DNA from: Actinomycetes bacterium
GTDB taxonomy: Bacteria; Actinomycetota; Acidimicrobiia; Acidimicrobiales; Aldehydirespiratoraceae
Reading direction: 5' to 3'
DNA length: 64,000 nt
Assembly (NCBI GenBank): GCA_024276495.1
Contig: JAJRXC010000083.1
Span: 314-64,313, forward strand
Within the stretch, counting starts at the first letter, position 1; each line of letters opens with the position of its first letter. The translations under genes and the position numbers were made by a program. The notes below the pieces were generated by a model that saw only the letters and a list, made by a program, of their open reading frames with translations, had not been told where the DNA came from and did no database searches. Of this stretch, positions 17,508 to 25,854 are shown piece by piece.

Positions 17508-18089
17508 TCAGCGTCGAGCCCGCTGATCCGTCTCGATCCGTTGGAGCCAGATCGGCTCCTGAACGCCTTTCACCGTGACCGGCCCGATGGGGCTGAGTCG
17601 CAGCGACCCGTCGGCTGCGCCTCCGGCCCGCAGCACGTCGTCCGACGCCAACAGTTCACCGGGGCCGGCCAGGGCCGACACCCTCGCGGCGACGTTGATC
17701 GTCCGGCCGACGACATCGTCGCCCCTCTCGATCGCCTCGCCATGGTGGAGGCCCATCCGGATCGCCAACGGAAACGAACCCTCCGCTCGGGCGTCATCGA
17801 TCGCGTTCATCAGCGCGACGGCCCCGACGAGACCGGCGTCGGCGCGATCGAACCAGATCATCAGCCCGTCACCGAGTTCCTTGACGATACGACCGGCGCC
17901 CTGGGCGGCGAGGACCGACGACGCCATCTCGGTCTGGTGTTCGAGCACGGTGAGGGCGGCGACGTCACCCACCGAGTCCGTGAACGCGGTGAACCCGACG
18001 AGGTCGGTGAACAGAACCGCTCCGACACAGGCATTCTCGGATCCACCACCCCCGTCGGACGCCGGTTCGAGATCCGGTGGTGGGCTCAT
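17508..18089 (-). CDS. Stand-alone class III adenylate/guanylate cyclase domain protein
   Basis: LFTDLVGFT, KELGDGLM, IRMGLHHG, DVVGRTINVAAR; ATGA overlap with the upstream gene. Confidence 0.9.
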   Translation of the reverse strand: MSPPPDLEPASDGGGGSENACVGAVLFTDLVGFTAFTDSVGDVAALTVLEHQTEMASSVLAAQGAGRIVKELGDGLMIWFDRADAGLVGAVALMNAIDDARAEGSFPLAIRMGLHHGEAIERGDDVVGRTINVAARVSALAGPGELLASDDVLRAGGAADGSLRLSPIGPVTVKGVQEPIWLQRIETDQRARR

Positions 18090-18736
18090 CGATTCGACAC
18101 ACCGATCCGGCCGTTCACCGAGACGGCCCGCACGACGCAGTCGTACCCATCGGGCCGATCGGAGGCCCCGGGCCCGTCGACCCGGTGCACCCGCACCCCG
18201 ACCGGAAGCGCGATGTCGATTCGGCCGGTCACGGTTTCGGCGTCGACATCGTTGGCGCTGTCGAGTTCGACGGTGACCCGTCCGCTCACACAATGGGCGC
18301 GGACCGGACCGCTCACATGCCCGAGATCGATACGACCGCTCGCGGTCGCGGCGTCCACACCGACACAACCGCCGATCTCGATGCGACCCGTCTCGGAGCG
18401 GACCCGGCAATCTCCGGCGACACGGCCGACAACCACCCGTCCCGACGTCGAACGGGCGTCGATCCGCCTTGCTTCCTCGACATCGATTCGGCCCGACTCG
18501 GCGATGATGCTGACGTCCCCCACCGGCCCCCGCACCTCGACCCGGCCGGATGTGGCCCCGATCACGAGCGCGCAGCCGGCGGGCACTCGCACCGTCAGGC
18601 GACCGGCCACGAGGTCGACGGTCGTGATGTCACCGTCCGACCTGATCCGGCTGGGACCGTCGACAGAGACATCGTCTCGCTCCTCGGCGAGCACCCGGAC
18701 TCCGTGCGAGACCGTCGATATCCGCACCGCGGCCAT
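18086..18736 (-). CDS. DUF4097-family beta-strand repeat protein
   Basis: Repeated (T/E/V)SGR(V/I) units; GGAGAGG RBS. Confidence 0.8.
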   Translation of the reverse strand: MAAVRISTVSHGVRVLAEERDDVSVDGPSRIRSDGDITTVDLVAGRLTVRVPAGCALVIGATSGRVEVRGPVGDVSIIAESGRIDVEEARRIDARSTSGRVVVGRVAGDCRVRSETGRIEIGGCVGVDAATASGRIDLGHVSGPVRAHCVSGRVTVELDSANDVDAETVTGRIDIALPVGVRVHRVDGPGASDRPDGYDCVVRAVSVNGRIGVSNR

Positions 18737-18875
18737 GGTGTCGACCTCTCCCCCTCGTCGAATGGGCCACCCGACGGTAGGACCGTCGGCCCGCGGCGAC
18801 AAGCAGATGTGCCAGGTGTCGCACCGGTCCGGCCCGACGCGTGGATCCTCCTCTCGGAGGGGGCAGACTCGCGAC

Positions 18876-19784
18876 ATGGGAACCATCCCGCTTTCTCATG
18901 TCAGGATCCACGGCCATGATGTGCGCTACCGCCGAGCCGGCAACCGCCGGCGTCAGCGCATCCTGCTGCTGCACGGGTTGGCCGGCAGCTCCCGGACCTG
19001 GCAGCACGTCATGCCGGGGTTGGCCGAACGCTACGACGTGATCGCCCCCGATCTCCTCGGCCACGGCGAATCGGCGAAACCGATGGGCGACTACTCCCTC
19101 GGCGCGATGGCGAGCGGGCTTCGCGACCTGTTGGCCATGCTCGAGATCGACCGGGCCACCATCGTCGGGCAGTCGTTCGGTGGTGGCGTCGCCCTGCAAC
19201 TCGCCTACCAGCATCCGGAGCTGTGCGACCGCCTGGTCCTGGTGGGGAGCGGCGGACTGGGCCGCGAGGTCAGCTGGATGTTGCGCCTGCTCTCCCTGCC
19301 CGGCGCAGAGCATCTCATGCCCGTCATCTTTCCCCGGATCGTCGCGGACCGTGGAGACGACGTCGGCCGGTTCCTGCATCGCCGTGGGCTGCGGGCCCCG
19401 CTGCTCAGTGAGATGTGGCGTTCCTACCGCTCCCTGGCGGGGGCCGAGAACCGCAAGGCGTTCGTGCGCACGATGCGCGGGGTGATCGAGCCCGGCGGCC
19501 AGAGCGTCAGCGCCCTCGACCGCCTGTATCTCGCCGCCCACCTCCCCACCCTCATCGTGTGGGGCGACGACGACCGGATCATCCCGGTCGGCCACGCCCA
19601 CGCCGCCCACGAGACCATCCCCGGCTCCCGGCTCGAGATCCTCGACGGCGTCGGCCACTTTCCCCAGGCCGAAGCGCCGGAGCGGTTCGTCCAGGTGCTG
19701 CTCGATTTCATGGCGACCACGAAACGGGCGCCGAGGTCGGCCCCCGACCTCCACGACGCCCTTCTCGCGTCGGCCGGCACCTGA
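18876..19784 (+). CDS. Alpha/beta fold hydrolase
   Basis: LLHG, APDLLGHGES, GQSFGGG, WGDDD, VGHFP. Confidence 0.92.
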   Translation: MGTIPLSHVRIHGHDVRYRRAGNRRRQRILLLHGLAGSSRTWQHVMPGLAERYDVIAPDLLGHGESAKPMGDYSLGAMASGLRDLLAMLEIDRATIVGQSFGGGVALQLAYQHPELCDRLVLVGSGGLGREVSWMLRLLSLPGAEHLMPVIFPRIVADRGDDVGRFLHRRGLRAPLLSEMWRSYRSLAGAENRKAFVRTMRGVIEPGGQSVSALDRLYLAAHLPTLIVWGDDDRIIPVGHAHAAHETIPGSRLEILDGVGHFPQAEAPERFVQVLLDFMATTKRAPRSAPDLHDALLASAGT

Positions 19785-19790
19785 TCGACG

Positions 19791-20723
19791 TCAGGTGCCC
19801 GACAGGCGGGCGACCACCGGCGCCAGCGCCTCGATCGACGCGTGGTCCTGCACGACGATGTAGCTGAACCCCCATCGTTCCCGGCGTTCGTGCAGGGTCT
19901 CGGCGATCTCGTCGGCCGACCCGATCAGCAGCATCGGCATGGCTGCGGCCGCGTCGGGGGTGATCCCGAACAGCGACGCCATGCCCTCGAGCGCGGCGGC
20001 GCGGTCGTCGGTCAGCTGGGTGCTCATGACCAGCACCTGGAGCTCGATGTCGGCGAATCGATCGCCGGCCGCCGCCCGCACCCATTCGAGCTTCTCGTCG
20101 AAGCGGTCGACGGTCGTGTCGGCCAGGGCGTCGGGACCGATCTCGCCGGCTTTCAGGTTGGCGGTGACGCCCACGATGTCGGCTTGACGTCCGGCGATCC
20201 CGAGAACCCGTTTCCCGCCGCCGCCGATGAGCAGCGGCGGCGGGGACTGCACCGGTTTGGGCAGCCCTTCCATGCCGGTGATCGTGTAGTGCTCGCCGTC
20301 GAAATCGACGGGTCCGTCGGCGAACAGGCCCCGGATGATCTCGAGGCTCTCGAGCATGCGGTCGATGCGCACGCCGGGCCGGTCGTAGACCAGGCCCGCC
20401 TTCTCGTAGTCGGTGCGCATCCAACCGGCGCCGATCCCCAGCTCCATCCGGCCGTCGGACAGCACGTCGAGGGTGGCCATCTCCTTCGCGAGAACGGCCG
20501 GGTGCCGGTAGTCGTTGCCGAACACGAGCGCCCCGAGGCGCAGGGTCGTCGTCGCTTCGGCGGCAACGGCCAGGGCCGGTCCGACCGCCAGCTGATCCTC
20601 GAAGTGGTCGGGCATGACGAGCGTCGACCAGCCGGAGTCCTCGAGCCGGCGGGCGGTGTCGGCCCAGCTCGTCCCCGGCGCGGGGGCGGTGAGTTGGATG
20701 CCGAAACGAAACGGATGGGTCAT
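19791..20723 (-). CDS. LLM-class F420-dependent oxidoreductase
   Basis: PFRFG, MPDHF, NDYRHPAVLAKE, LSDGRMELGIGAGW, IGGGG. Confidence 0.9.
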   Translation of the reverse strand: MTHPFRFGIQLTAPAPGTSWADTARRLEDSGWSTLVMPDHFEDQLAVGPALAVAAEATTTLRLGALVFGNDYRHPAVLAKEMATLDVLSDGRMELGIGAGWMRTDYEKAGLVYDRPGVRIDRMLESLEIIRGLFADGPVDFDGEHYTITGMEGLPKPVQSPPPLLIGGGGKRVLGIAGRQADIVGVTANLKAGEIGPDALADTTVDRFDEKLEWVRAAAGDRFADIELQVLVMSTQLTDDRAAALEGMASLFGITPDAAAAMPMLLIGSADEIAETLHERRERWGFSYIVVQDHASIEALAPVVARLSGT

Positions 20724-21493
20724 GCGGGTGGCTCCTGGCTGGTCGGGGTGTTCGGGGTGGGTGGCGGGTGGGGGCGAGGGTGCGACGGTTCGAGGCCGAG
20801 ACGCGCGGCCATGAGGTCGACCTGGTGGGCGAAGAGCTCGTCGGCGTCGTCGAACACGTTGTGGAACTGGCCGAACAGCTCGAAGTTGAGCATGCCGAAC
20901 AAGAGGACCCAGGCGCCGACGCCGTCGAGCATAAGGGACCGGTCGACGGTGATTCCGGCCGATGCCCGGAGCGCATCGATCTGGGTGGCCAGTCCCTCGG
21001 GAACGGGGAGGTCGCCGCCCCGGTGGGCCGGGCCGGCGGCGGCGTCGACATCTTGGAGGAGGGCCATGAGCATTCCGGGCACCCGCGTCGCCGGGTCGAT
21101 GGTGTCGGTCGGCGCCGCGTAGCCCGGAACCGGCGACCCGTAGATGAGGGCGTACTCGTGGGGATGGGCGCGAGCCCATTGCCGGGCCGCGTGGGCGATG
21201 GCGCGCCAGCGGCCGAGCAGGTCGGAGGCGTCGATCTCGGCGTGGGCCGCGGCGCAGGCATCGCTCAGGGCGGTGTAGGCGTCGACGATCAGCGTGGTCA
21301 GCAGGGCGTCGCGGTTCGGGAAGTAGCGGTAGAGCGCCGACGAGGCCATTCCCAGGTCCCGGGAGACGGCTCTCAACGAGAGCCCGGCGGCCCCGTGCCG
21401 GCCGAGGTGGGCCCGCGCGGTGTCGGTGATCTCGGCGATCAGCTCGGCTCGGGCTCGTTCGCGGGCCCGTTTCGGGGCGCTCTGGGCAACCAT
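20720..21493 (-). CDS. TetR/AcrR family regulator (WHG-type C-terminal domain)
   Basis: HTH LSLRAVSRDLGMASSALYRYF; YALIYGSPVPGY; alternative starts 21502/21505. Confidence 0.92.
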   Translation of the reverse strand: MVAQSAPKRARERARAELIAEITDTARAHLGRHGAAGLSLRAVSRDLGMASSALYRYFPNRDALLTTLIVDAYTALSDACAAAHAEIDASDLLGRWRAIAHAARQWARAHPHEYALIYGSPVPGYAAPTDTIDPATRVPGMLMALLQDVDAAAGPAHRGGDLPVPEGLATQIDALRASAGITVDRSLMLDGVGAWVLLFGMLNFELFGQFHNVFDDADELFAHQVDLMAARLGLEPSHPRPHPPPTPNTPTSQEPPA

Positions 21494-21540
21494 CGCTGCC
21501 ATCATCGCCCACCGCGACGGAGAGATCAATGACCACAAAC

Positions 21541-21611
21541 GAGAGCGGTGCTCTTGACAGCCCCGCCCCGGCCTGGCAGGGTGACATCGATCGAGCGAGA
21601 GCACTGCTCTT
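21541..21611. promoter_or_regulatory. Two palindromic TetR-type operators flanking a TTGACA-N17-CAGGGT promoter
   Basis: GAGAGCGGTGCTCTT (21541-21555) and GAGAGCACTGCTCTT (21597-21611); TTGACA at 21554. Confidence 0.7.
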
Positions 21612-21655
21612 GTAACAGATCATCAGTCGCACACCGAAGAACGGAACGCATCGTC

Positions 21656-22597
21656 ATGAGCCTCCACACCATCGTCGGCGCCGGCGCCGTCGGATCCGGC
21701 ACCGCCCGACGTCTCGCCGACGCCGGCCACCACGTCCGCGTCGTCACCCGGTCCGGAAACGGCCCGATCCACCCGAACATCGAGCTCGTGACCGCCGACG
21801 CGACCGACACCGCCCGCCTGACCGAGCTGGCCCGAGACGCCCACGCCCTCTACAACTGCGCCAATCCCCCCTACGAAAAGTGGGCCGACGCCTGGCCCCC
21901 GCTCGCCGCTGCCCTTCTCCGCGCGGCCGAAGCCACCGGCGCCCGGCTCGTCACCATGAGCAACCTCTACGGCTTCGCGCCCGGCACGTCGCCCATGACG
22001 GCCTCCGGCCCGCTCGAGCCGACCACCCGCAAGGGCCGCATCCGGGCCGACATGTGGCACGACGCGCGGACCGCCCACGACGACGGGCGCATCCGGGCGA
22101 CCGAGGCCCGCGCGTCGGACTACTTCGGACCCGGCCTCGGCGAGACCAGCCATCTCGGCGATCGAGCCGTGCCCCGGGCCCTCGCCGGCAAGCGGGTCTC
22201 GATGATCGGGGCCGTCGACGTCGTCCACAGCTGGACCTACATCGACGACGTCTGCACCACCCTCGCCACGCTCGGCACCGACGACCGCGCCCTGGGCCGG
22301 GCCTGGCACGTGCCGACCCTGCCACCCCGCAGCGCCACCGACATGGTCGCCGGGCTGTGCGCCGCGGCCGGGGTCGACCCGGTGAAGGTCGTCCGCATGC
22401 CCACCGTCGCCCTCCGTCTAGGCGCCGTCTTCGTGCCGATGGTTCGCGAGCTCCTCGAGATGCGCTACCAGTTCGATGCCCCGTTCGAGATCGACTCGAC
22501 CGACACCACCGAGACGTTCGGTCTCACCGCCACCCCGTTCGACGACCAGCTGCGGGCCACCGTCGACTCCTACCGCGCCGTGTCGACCCCTTCCTGA
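21656..22597 (+). CDS. NAD-dependent epimerase/dehydratase family protein
   Basis: IVGAGAVG Rossmann motif, NCANPPY, NLYG, RASDYFGP. Confidence 0.9.
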   Translation: MSLHTIVGAGAVGSGTARRLADAGHHVRVVTRSGNGPIHPNIELVTADATDTARLTELARDAHALYNCANPPYEKWADAWPPLAAALLRAAEATGARLVTMSNLYGFAPGTSPMTASGPLEPTTRKGRIRADMWHDARTAHDDGRIRATEARASDYFGPGLGETSHLGDRAVPRALAGKRVSMIGAVDVVHSWTYIDDVCTTLATLGTDDRALGRAWHVPTLPPRSATDMVAGLCAAAGVDPVKVVRMPTVALRLGAVFVPMVRELLEMRYQFDAPFEIDSTDTTETFGLTATPFDDQLRATVDSYRAVSTPS

Positions 22598-22625
22598 GCC
22601 GGCCGGGAAGGCGAGCCCGACGGGG

Positions 22626-23092
22626 TCAGGGAACCGGCACCACCACGGTGGGGCACGGGGCGTGGTGGACCACCGCGCCCCGTGCCCCACCGTGGTGGTG
22701 CACGGGGCGTGGTGGACCACCGCGTTGGTGACCGAACCCAACAGCAGCCCGGTGAACCCACCATGACCGCGGGCACCGACCACCACCAGGTCGGCATCGG
22801 CGGCCTCAGCCAAGATGACCTCTGCGCTCGCCCCCGCGGTCACCACGGTGCGGACACGGTCACGTTCGGCCGCGCCCTGGGTGACGTCGGCGACGACATC
22901 GGCCAGGAGCTTCTCCGCGCCGGCCTCGAAGGGCGCCGGATCGGTGAGGGTCATCTCGAAGCCACCCATCACCGGCAGATGCCAGGCGTGGACCGCGACG
23001 ATCTCCGCATCGGCGCCACCATGGTCGAGGGCCCAGCGCAACGCGGCACGGGCATTCGGCGAATCATCGATTCCGACCACGATCTTCTTCAT
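22626..23092 (-). CDS. Universal stress protein; 3' end frameshifted by a 47-bp insertion (as assembled, the ORF reads through to 22418)
   Basis: IVVGIDDS, DLVVVGARGHGGFTGLLLGSV, HHAPC; removing the insertion restores HHAPCPTVVVPVP-stop at 22626. Confidence 0.85.
22637..22724. repeat. Direct repeat with an inverted copy in between (template-switch type)
   Basis: 25-bp direct repeat at 22653-22677 and 22700-22724; 26-bp perfect inverted repeat at 22637-22662 / 22676-22701. Confidence 0.85.
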
Positions 23093-23142
23093 GACATCCC
23101 TCCTCTCGCCCTCAGTATGAGCGCCCCGGCTCCCCGCAGGGA

Positions 23143-23156
23143 AGGACGAAGGTCAC
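23143..23156 (-). promoter_or_regulatory. Possible DosR/DevR-like box upstream of the USP gene
   Basis: GTGACCTTCGTCCT on the minus strand resembles GGGACNWWNGTCCC; a CATACT -10-like hexamer lies downstream. Confidence 0.35.
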
Positions 23157-24448
23157 TTCGCCGCGACGACGGCGATCCCTCGTAGAGTTGTCTCGGGATC
23201 GCCGGCGGCCACGACGGCCAGCCCCGACCTCGTCGCGATCTCATCGAGGAGTACGCCGCACCGGCTGAGACCACCGTCGACGATCAGCGAACCGCGCACG
23301 CCCATGTGCTCGGCCAGCTCCGCGGCCCGCGTCGCGATCCCGTCGATCACGGCCCGCACGATGTCGGCAGCCGTCGTGTCGAGAGCGAGGCCCTCCAGTG
23401 CGCCGCGCGCGGTCGGATCGTGGTGCGGGGAGCCGAGACCGGCGAGGGCGGGAACGAAGGTGAGCCCCGACCGCCCCGCGGCGGCCACCTCCTCGACCAT
23501 GTCGACCCGCGGGAGCAACCCCACCCGCACCAGCCACTCGACCACCGACCCGGCGGTGTTGATCGACCCCTCGACGACATACTCCTCGACGGTCTCGCCG
23601 GAGATGGTCCGGCGCCACAACGGCAACGTGTAGCAGCCCGCGGGCGCATCGACCGGAGTGGTGCCCGCCCCGACATCGAGCATGCCCGACGTCCCCAACG
23701 TGAGCTTCGCCATCCCCTCGACCATCCCGTGCGCCGCACCGGCAGCCATCTGATCGCCGAGCCGGGCCGCCAACGGGATCTCCGCGCCGAGCAGCTCCGG
23801 CACCGTGACCCCGACGATCGCGTCGGACGCGACGATGTCGGCCAACGGCTCGCGGGGAACACCGAACAGCGCGAGCGCGCCCTCGGACCAGTCGCCCCGG
23901 TGCAGGTCGTAGAGCCCGGTCGCGCCGGCATTGGAGGGATCGGTCACATGGACCTCCCCGCCGCTGAGCGCCCAGGTGAGCCACGTGTCGACGGTGCCCA
24001 TCCGCAGCGTGCCCCGAGACGCCGCGGCCGCGACCTCGCGATCGTGGGCGACGAGCCAGCCCAGCTTCGTGCACGACGCCGACGTGGTCAGCGGAATCCC
24101 CTGGGCGACGAGATCCGCGACGACGGCGGAGGTGCGGGTGTCCTGCCAGCCGATGACGGGACCCAACGCCCGCCCGGTCGCCGCATCCCACGTCACGATC
24201 GACGATCGTTGGTTGGTGATCCCGAGCGCGTCGACATCGCCCGCCACCGCGCCGACCTCATCGAGCGCGACGGTCAACAACCGGAGGCACGACGACACGA
24301 ACTCGTCGGGATCCTGCTCGACGGCACCGGCGAAGGGAACCGAGAGCGCGAGGGTGTCGCGGGCGATCGCCACCCGCTCACCGGCGGCATCGAACAGCCC
24401 GACCCGCACCGTCGTGGTGCCGAGATCGATCGCCGCGGTGAGCGTCAC
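23153..24448 (-). CDS. FGGY-family carbohydrate kinase (glycerol kinase-like)
   Basis: AIDLGTT, GITNQR, WQDTRT, TDPSNA, GDQ, TLGTS, VPALAGLGSP, VDGG; GTGA overlap. Confidence 0.9.
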   Translation of the reverse strand: MTLTAAIDLGTTTVRVGLFDAAGERVAIARDTLALSVPFAGAVEQDPDEFVSSCLRLLTVALDEVGAVAGDVDALGITNQRSSIVTWDAATGRALGPVIGWQDTRTSAVVADLVAQGIPLTTSASCTKLGWLVAHDREVAAAASRGTLRMGTVDTWLTWALSGGEVHVTDPSNAGATGLYDLHRGDWSEGALALFGVPREPLADIVASDAIVGVTVPELLGAEIPLAARLGDQMAAGAAHGMVEGMAKLTLGTSGMLDVGAGTTPVDAPAGCYTLPLWRRTISGETVEEYVVEGSINTAGSVVEWLVRVGLLPRVDMVEEVAAAGRSGLTFVPALAGLGSPHHDPTARGALEGLALDTTAADIVRAVIDGIATRAAELAEHMGVRGSLIVDGGLSRCGVLLDEIATRSGLAVVAAGDPETTLRGIAVVAAK

Positions 24449-25854
24449 GGGATCAACACTCCGGGATTCATCAGCCCGTCGGGATCGATCGCCGCCTTCA
24501 CCGACCGCAACAGCGACAGGCCACCGTCGCCGAGCTCGGCCCCCATCCACGGGCGCCGGACCCGGCCCACCCCGTGGTGGTGGGCCAGCCCCGCGCCCAA
24601 CTCGTCGGCCGCCCTCATCGCCGCGGCCCAGCACGCGTCGTAGGTGGCGGTGAACTCCGCCGGATCGTCGGGGGCGGCAGCCACGGTGAAGTAGAGGTTG
24701 GCGCCGGAACGGTACGCGTGCGACGAGTGCGCGCTGGCCGCGACCACGCCGGGTACGGCCGCCAGCGCGTCGACCACCGCGGTGTACAAGGCGGGGAGGC
24801 GCGACCAGTCGGTCGCGATCTCGATCGTGTCGGCCACGACCCCGGACCGGAGCAGCTCGTCCCAGCTCGGGACCTCGTTGCGATTGTCGAACCAGGCATC
24901 GACCACCTCCCGGGTGGCCGACTCGCCACCCCGCGCCGCGCACAGCTCCCCGACCGCCGCGGCTTCGAGCGGGGCGACACCGGGCGGGCCCTCGTGCAGG
25001 AAGATCAACATGGCGTTGCCCTTCGGCAGCCGGTCCCGGAAGTGACGCCACGACTCACGCCCGTCGTAGAGCCGCACCACCGGTGGCCGCCATCCGGCCC
25101 GCATCGTCTCCCGGATGGCGTCGATCCCGTCGGCGAACTCGGCGAAGTGGAACGCCTGGCGCACCCCGGGTTCGGGCCTGGCCCGCAGCGAGAAGGTCAC
25201 CTCGGTGACGATGCCGAGCGTGCCCTCCGAGCCCATGAGGAGGTGACGCAGGTCGGGACCGGCCGCGGCCCGTGGCGTCGATCGACTCCGGTAGATCGTG
25301 CCGTCGGCGAGCACCGCCTCGAGCGAATGCACCACGTCCTCGATGTTGCCGTAGGCGGTCGAGTACTGCCCCGACGCCCGGGTCGCCACCCACCCCCCGA
25401 CCGTCGACAACTCGATCGACTGGGGCCAGTGCCCGATGGTGAGACCGTCCTCGTGCACCCGGTTCTCGGCGGCCAGTCCGTTGGTGCCGGCCCCGAACGT
25501 CGCCAACAGATCCGGCGACGACAACGAGCGCAACCCGTCCATCCGTTCGGTGGAGAGCACGACCGAATCCGCCGACGCGAGCACGCCACCGACCACGCCC
25601 GAACCGCCGCCCCGCGGAATCATCGGCGTGCCGTGGGCCCGACAGATCCCCACCACAGCGGCGAGCTCGTCGGCGTCGGCCGGGGCGCACACCGCGACCG
25701 GCGCGATGACCTTGTTCCCGGCCGTGATCGGGATCTGTGACCGCATCCACGTGTCGCGGGCCCGTTCGGTCCGTTCGCCGTCGTCGAGCAGCAGCCCGTC
25801 GCCGAGCACCGCGGCGAGCGCGTCGATGAGGGCATCCGGCGGGCCCGTGGTCAT
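24445..25854 (-). CDS. FAD-binding oxidoreductase (alkyl-DHAP synthase-like)
   Basis: PRGGGSGVVGG, GHWPQS...STVGGWVATR, GSEGTLG, HHHGVG. Confidence 0.9.
   Translation of the reverse strand: MTTGPPDALIDALAAVLGDGLLLDDGERTERARDTWMRSQIPITAGNKVIAPVAVCAPADADELAAVVGICRAHGTPMIPRGGGSGVVGGVLASADSVVLSTERMDGLRSLSSPDLLATFGAGTNGLAAENRVHEDGLTIGHWPQSIELSTVGGWVATRASGQYSTAYGNIEDVVHSLEAVLADGTIYRSRSTPRAAAGPDLRHLLMGSEGTLGIVTEVTFSLRARPEPGVRQAFHFAEFADGIDAIRETMRAGWRPPVVRLYDGRESWRHFRDRLPKGNAMLIFLHEGPPGVAPLEAAAVGELCAARGGESATREVVDAWFDNRNEVPSWDELLRSGVVADTIEIATDWSRLPALYTAVVDALAAVPGVVAASAHSSHAYRSGANLYFTVAAAPDDPAEFTATYDACWAAAMRAADELGAGLAHHHGVGRVRRPWMGAELGDGGLSLLRSVKAAIDPDGLMNPGVLIP

Noticed and set aside
17427-18875. Apparent long N-terminal fusion to the alpha/beta hydrolase
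   Set aside because: Overlaps two real minus-strand genes; the hydrolase starts at 18876
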